Shown here: one piece after another, positions 62,557 through 64,000 of the stretch | Position numbering within the stretch: position 1 is the first letter of the stretch | Layout: the number at the start of each line of letters is the position of its first letter | DNA from: Cyanobacteria bacterium P01_A01_bin.123 | GTDB taxonomy: Bacteria; Cyanobacteriota; Cyanobacteriia; Phormidesmidales; Phormidesmidaceae | Reading direction: 5' to 3' | DNA: 64,000 bases | NCBI GenBank assembly: GCA_039815185.1 | Contig: JBCBZT010000026.1 | Location: 1 to 64,000 of the forward strand | Program-made: the position numbers and the translations under genes | The notes under the pieces: model-generated | Told to the model about the DNA's origin: nothing | What the model saw: the letters and a program-made list of their open reading frames with translations, nothing else | The model's database searches: none

Positions 62557-64000
62557 ATGAGTGAGATTGACGTTATGGAGAAGACCAATAAGAATCAAAA
62601 GCTTCAACAAATCTGGCTTCCTAGAAATCAAAATGAAAGCTCTTTTGTGGATGATCTTACAGGCTTACCAAATCGCAATTTGCTTTTACAAAAACTTCAA
62701 GACAATATAGCCTTTTGCAAAGAACATTCAAATAAGACGCTTGCACTTCTGGTCTTAGACATCGATCACTTCAAGGTTGTTAACAATAGCTTGGGTATTG
62801 CAGTAGGCGATCAGCTACTTATAAAAGTTGCTGAAAGACTTCAAGACATTATGCGATTTGATGATTATGTTGTACGTCTTGGCGGAGACGAGTTTGCAGT
62901 TGTACTGAATAACATAAAAGATATTGATAACATCCATAAAATCGCATCCAGAATTCATGACGGATTAATGCTCCCGTTTTGTCTAAATGACAATGAAGTA
63001 TTTATTAACACAAGTATGGGAATTACCCATAGCCATGTGAGTTTCGGGAAAGCAGAAGACTTTTTCCGAGATGCTGATACGGCCATGAATTACGCAAAAT
63101 CTTTGGGGCGCTCATGCCGCGTAATTTTCCAGCCAGAGATGCATAAGAGCGTTGTTCAACGCCTCAATTTAGGAAACTCATTGAGGCAGGCACTCAGCCG
63201 AAAAGAATTCTTCTTAGAGTATCAGCCTATCGTCTCTCTGGATGAAGAGATCTTGGTAGGATTTGAAGCGCTTATTCGTTGGAAGCACCCACAGCAAGGT
63301 ACTATTCCACCATCAGACTTTATTCATCTAGCTGAGGAAATAGGTCTCATTGAACCTATTGGCCAGTGGGCACTTGAAGAGGCCTGCCAACAGACAAAAG
63401 CTTGGCAGGTGCAGTTTGAAGGTATGCAAGATCTAACAATCAGTGTAAATTTGTCCGCCAAACAAATTTTCGACAATAATTTCTTTACGCAAGTAAAAAC
63501 AGCCTTAGCAAAATCTGAACTTGAGCCATGCTGTCTAAAGCTAGAAGTCACCGAAAACATTCTGCTGGAAGACAAGAAAAAAGTAGCGGCTGTGCTAGAT
63601 AATGTTAGATCTCTAGGTGTCCAAATTTCAATTGATGATTTTGGCACAGGCTATTCTTCTCTCAGTTATTTAATGCACTTCCCTTTTGACGTATTAAAGC
63701 TGGACACTTCTTTTACAGAAGGCATTGACAATAACTATAAAAAATTCAACCTTGTCAAAGGTATTCTCACTTTAAGTCAAGGCCTAGACGTTGAAGTTGT
63801 TGCTGAAGGTTTAGAAACTCAAGATCAGCTTTTACAGTTTAAGGCTTTGAAATGCAGATATGGACAGGGATATATTTTTTCAAAACCTTTGAGTAAGCAG
63901 AAGGTTGAAAGTTTTATTTTATCAAATCTCATCGGCCTCAAAAATTCAAGCCTCGAAAGAGAAACTTGCCTGTTTCACGAGCAATTAGATATCTCACAAA
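62557..64000 (+). CDS. GGDEF-EAL c-di-GMP cyclase/phosphodiesterase with no obvious sensor domain; 3' end runs off the window
   Basis: Read by hand from the ATG at 62557: DDLTGLPNR, DIDHFKVVN, RFDD...RLGGDEF (62881), GFEALIRW, IDDFGTGYSS, VAEGLE and GQGYIFSKPL. Confidence 0.92.
   Translation, partial: MSEIDVMEKTNKNQKLQQIWLPRNQNESSFVDDLTGLPNRNLLLQKLQDNIAFCKEHSNKTLALLVLDIDHFKVVNNSLGIAVGDQLLIKVAERLQDIMRFDDYVVRLGGDEFAVVLNNIKDIDNIHKIASRIHDGLMLPFCLNDNEVFINTSMGITHSHVSFGKAEDFFRDADTAMNYAKSLGRSCRVIFQPEMHKSVVQRLNLGNSLRQALSRKEFFLEYQPIVSLDEEILVGFEALIRWKHPQQGTIPPSDFIHLAEEIGLIEPIGQWALEEACQQTKAWQVQFEGMQDLTISVNLSAKQIFDNNFFTQVKTALAKSELEPCCLKLEVTENILLEDKKKVAAVLDNVRSLGVQISIDDFGTGYSSLSYLMHFPFDVLKLDTSFTEGIDNNYKKFNLVKGILTLSQGLDVEVVAEGLETQDQLLQFKALKCRYGQGYIFSKPLSKQKVESFILSNLIGLKNSSLERETCLFHEQLDISQ

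Noticed and set aside
63324..63647. Minus-strand 107-aa ORF
   Set aside because: It is antisense to the EAL domain of the GGDEF-EAL gene.

Overview
The window is chromosomal DNA from a cyanobacterium, probably filamentous. This rests on abundant HIP1 octamers (GCGATCGC), heptamer/octamer tandem repeats and typical cyanobacterial gene families. The first ~50 kb is a mosaic of three kinds of gene. Housekeeping genes: ileS, mgtE, comEC, tRNA-Ser(CGA), 5-oxoprolinase, lpxD and tldD/tldE. Signalling genes: two hybrid kinases and a diguanylate cyclase. NLR-like genes: a STAND-WD40 protein whose partner ATPase carries an in-frame TAG, and a caspase-STAND protein. Also in this part are a vitamin-K-dependent carboxylase homologue next to a poly-Asp S-layer protein, and many small repeats or MITEs, some translated inside genes. 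The most interesting feature is the co-oriented, increasingly AT-rich cluster from 51.4 kb to the window end. Its gene order is: stand-alone A-T-R NRPS (pocket suggests a basic amino acid), MATE exporter, membrane Cache/HAMP hybrid kinase, single-domain response regulator, DHp-REC-PP2C phosphatase, Slr1658-like kinase, Slr1659-like STAS protein, and a GGDEF-EAL enzyme. By inference this reads as a self-contained make-export-sense-respond (quorum-sensing-like) circuit feeding a SiaABCD-type partner switch and c-di-GMP. All family calls come from reading motifs by eye; no database searches were run.
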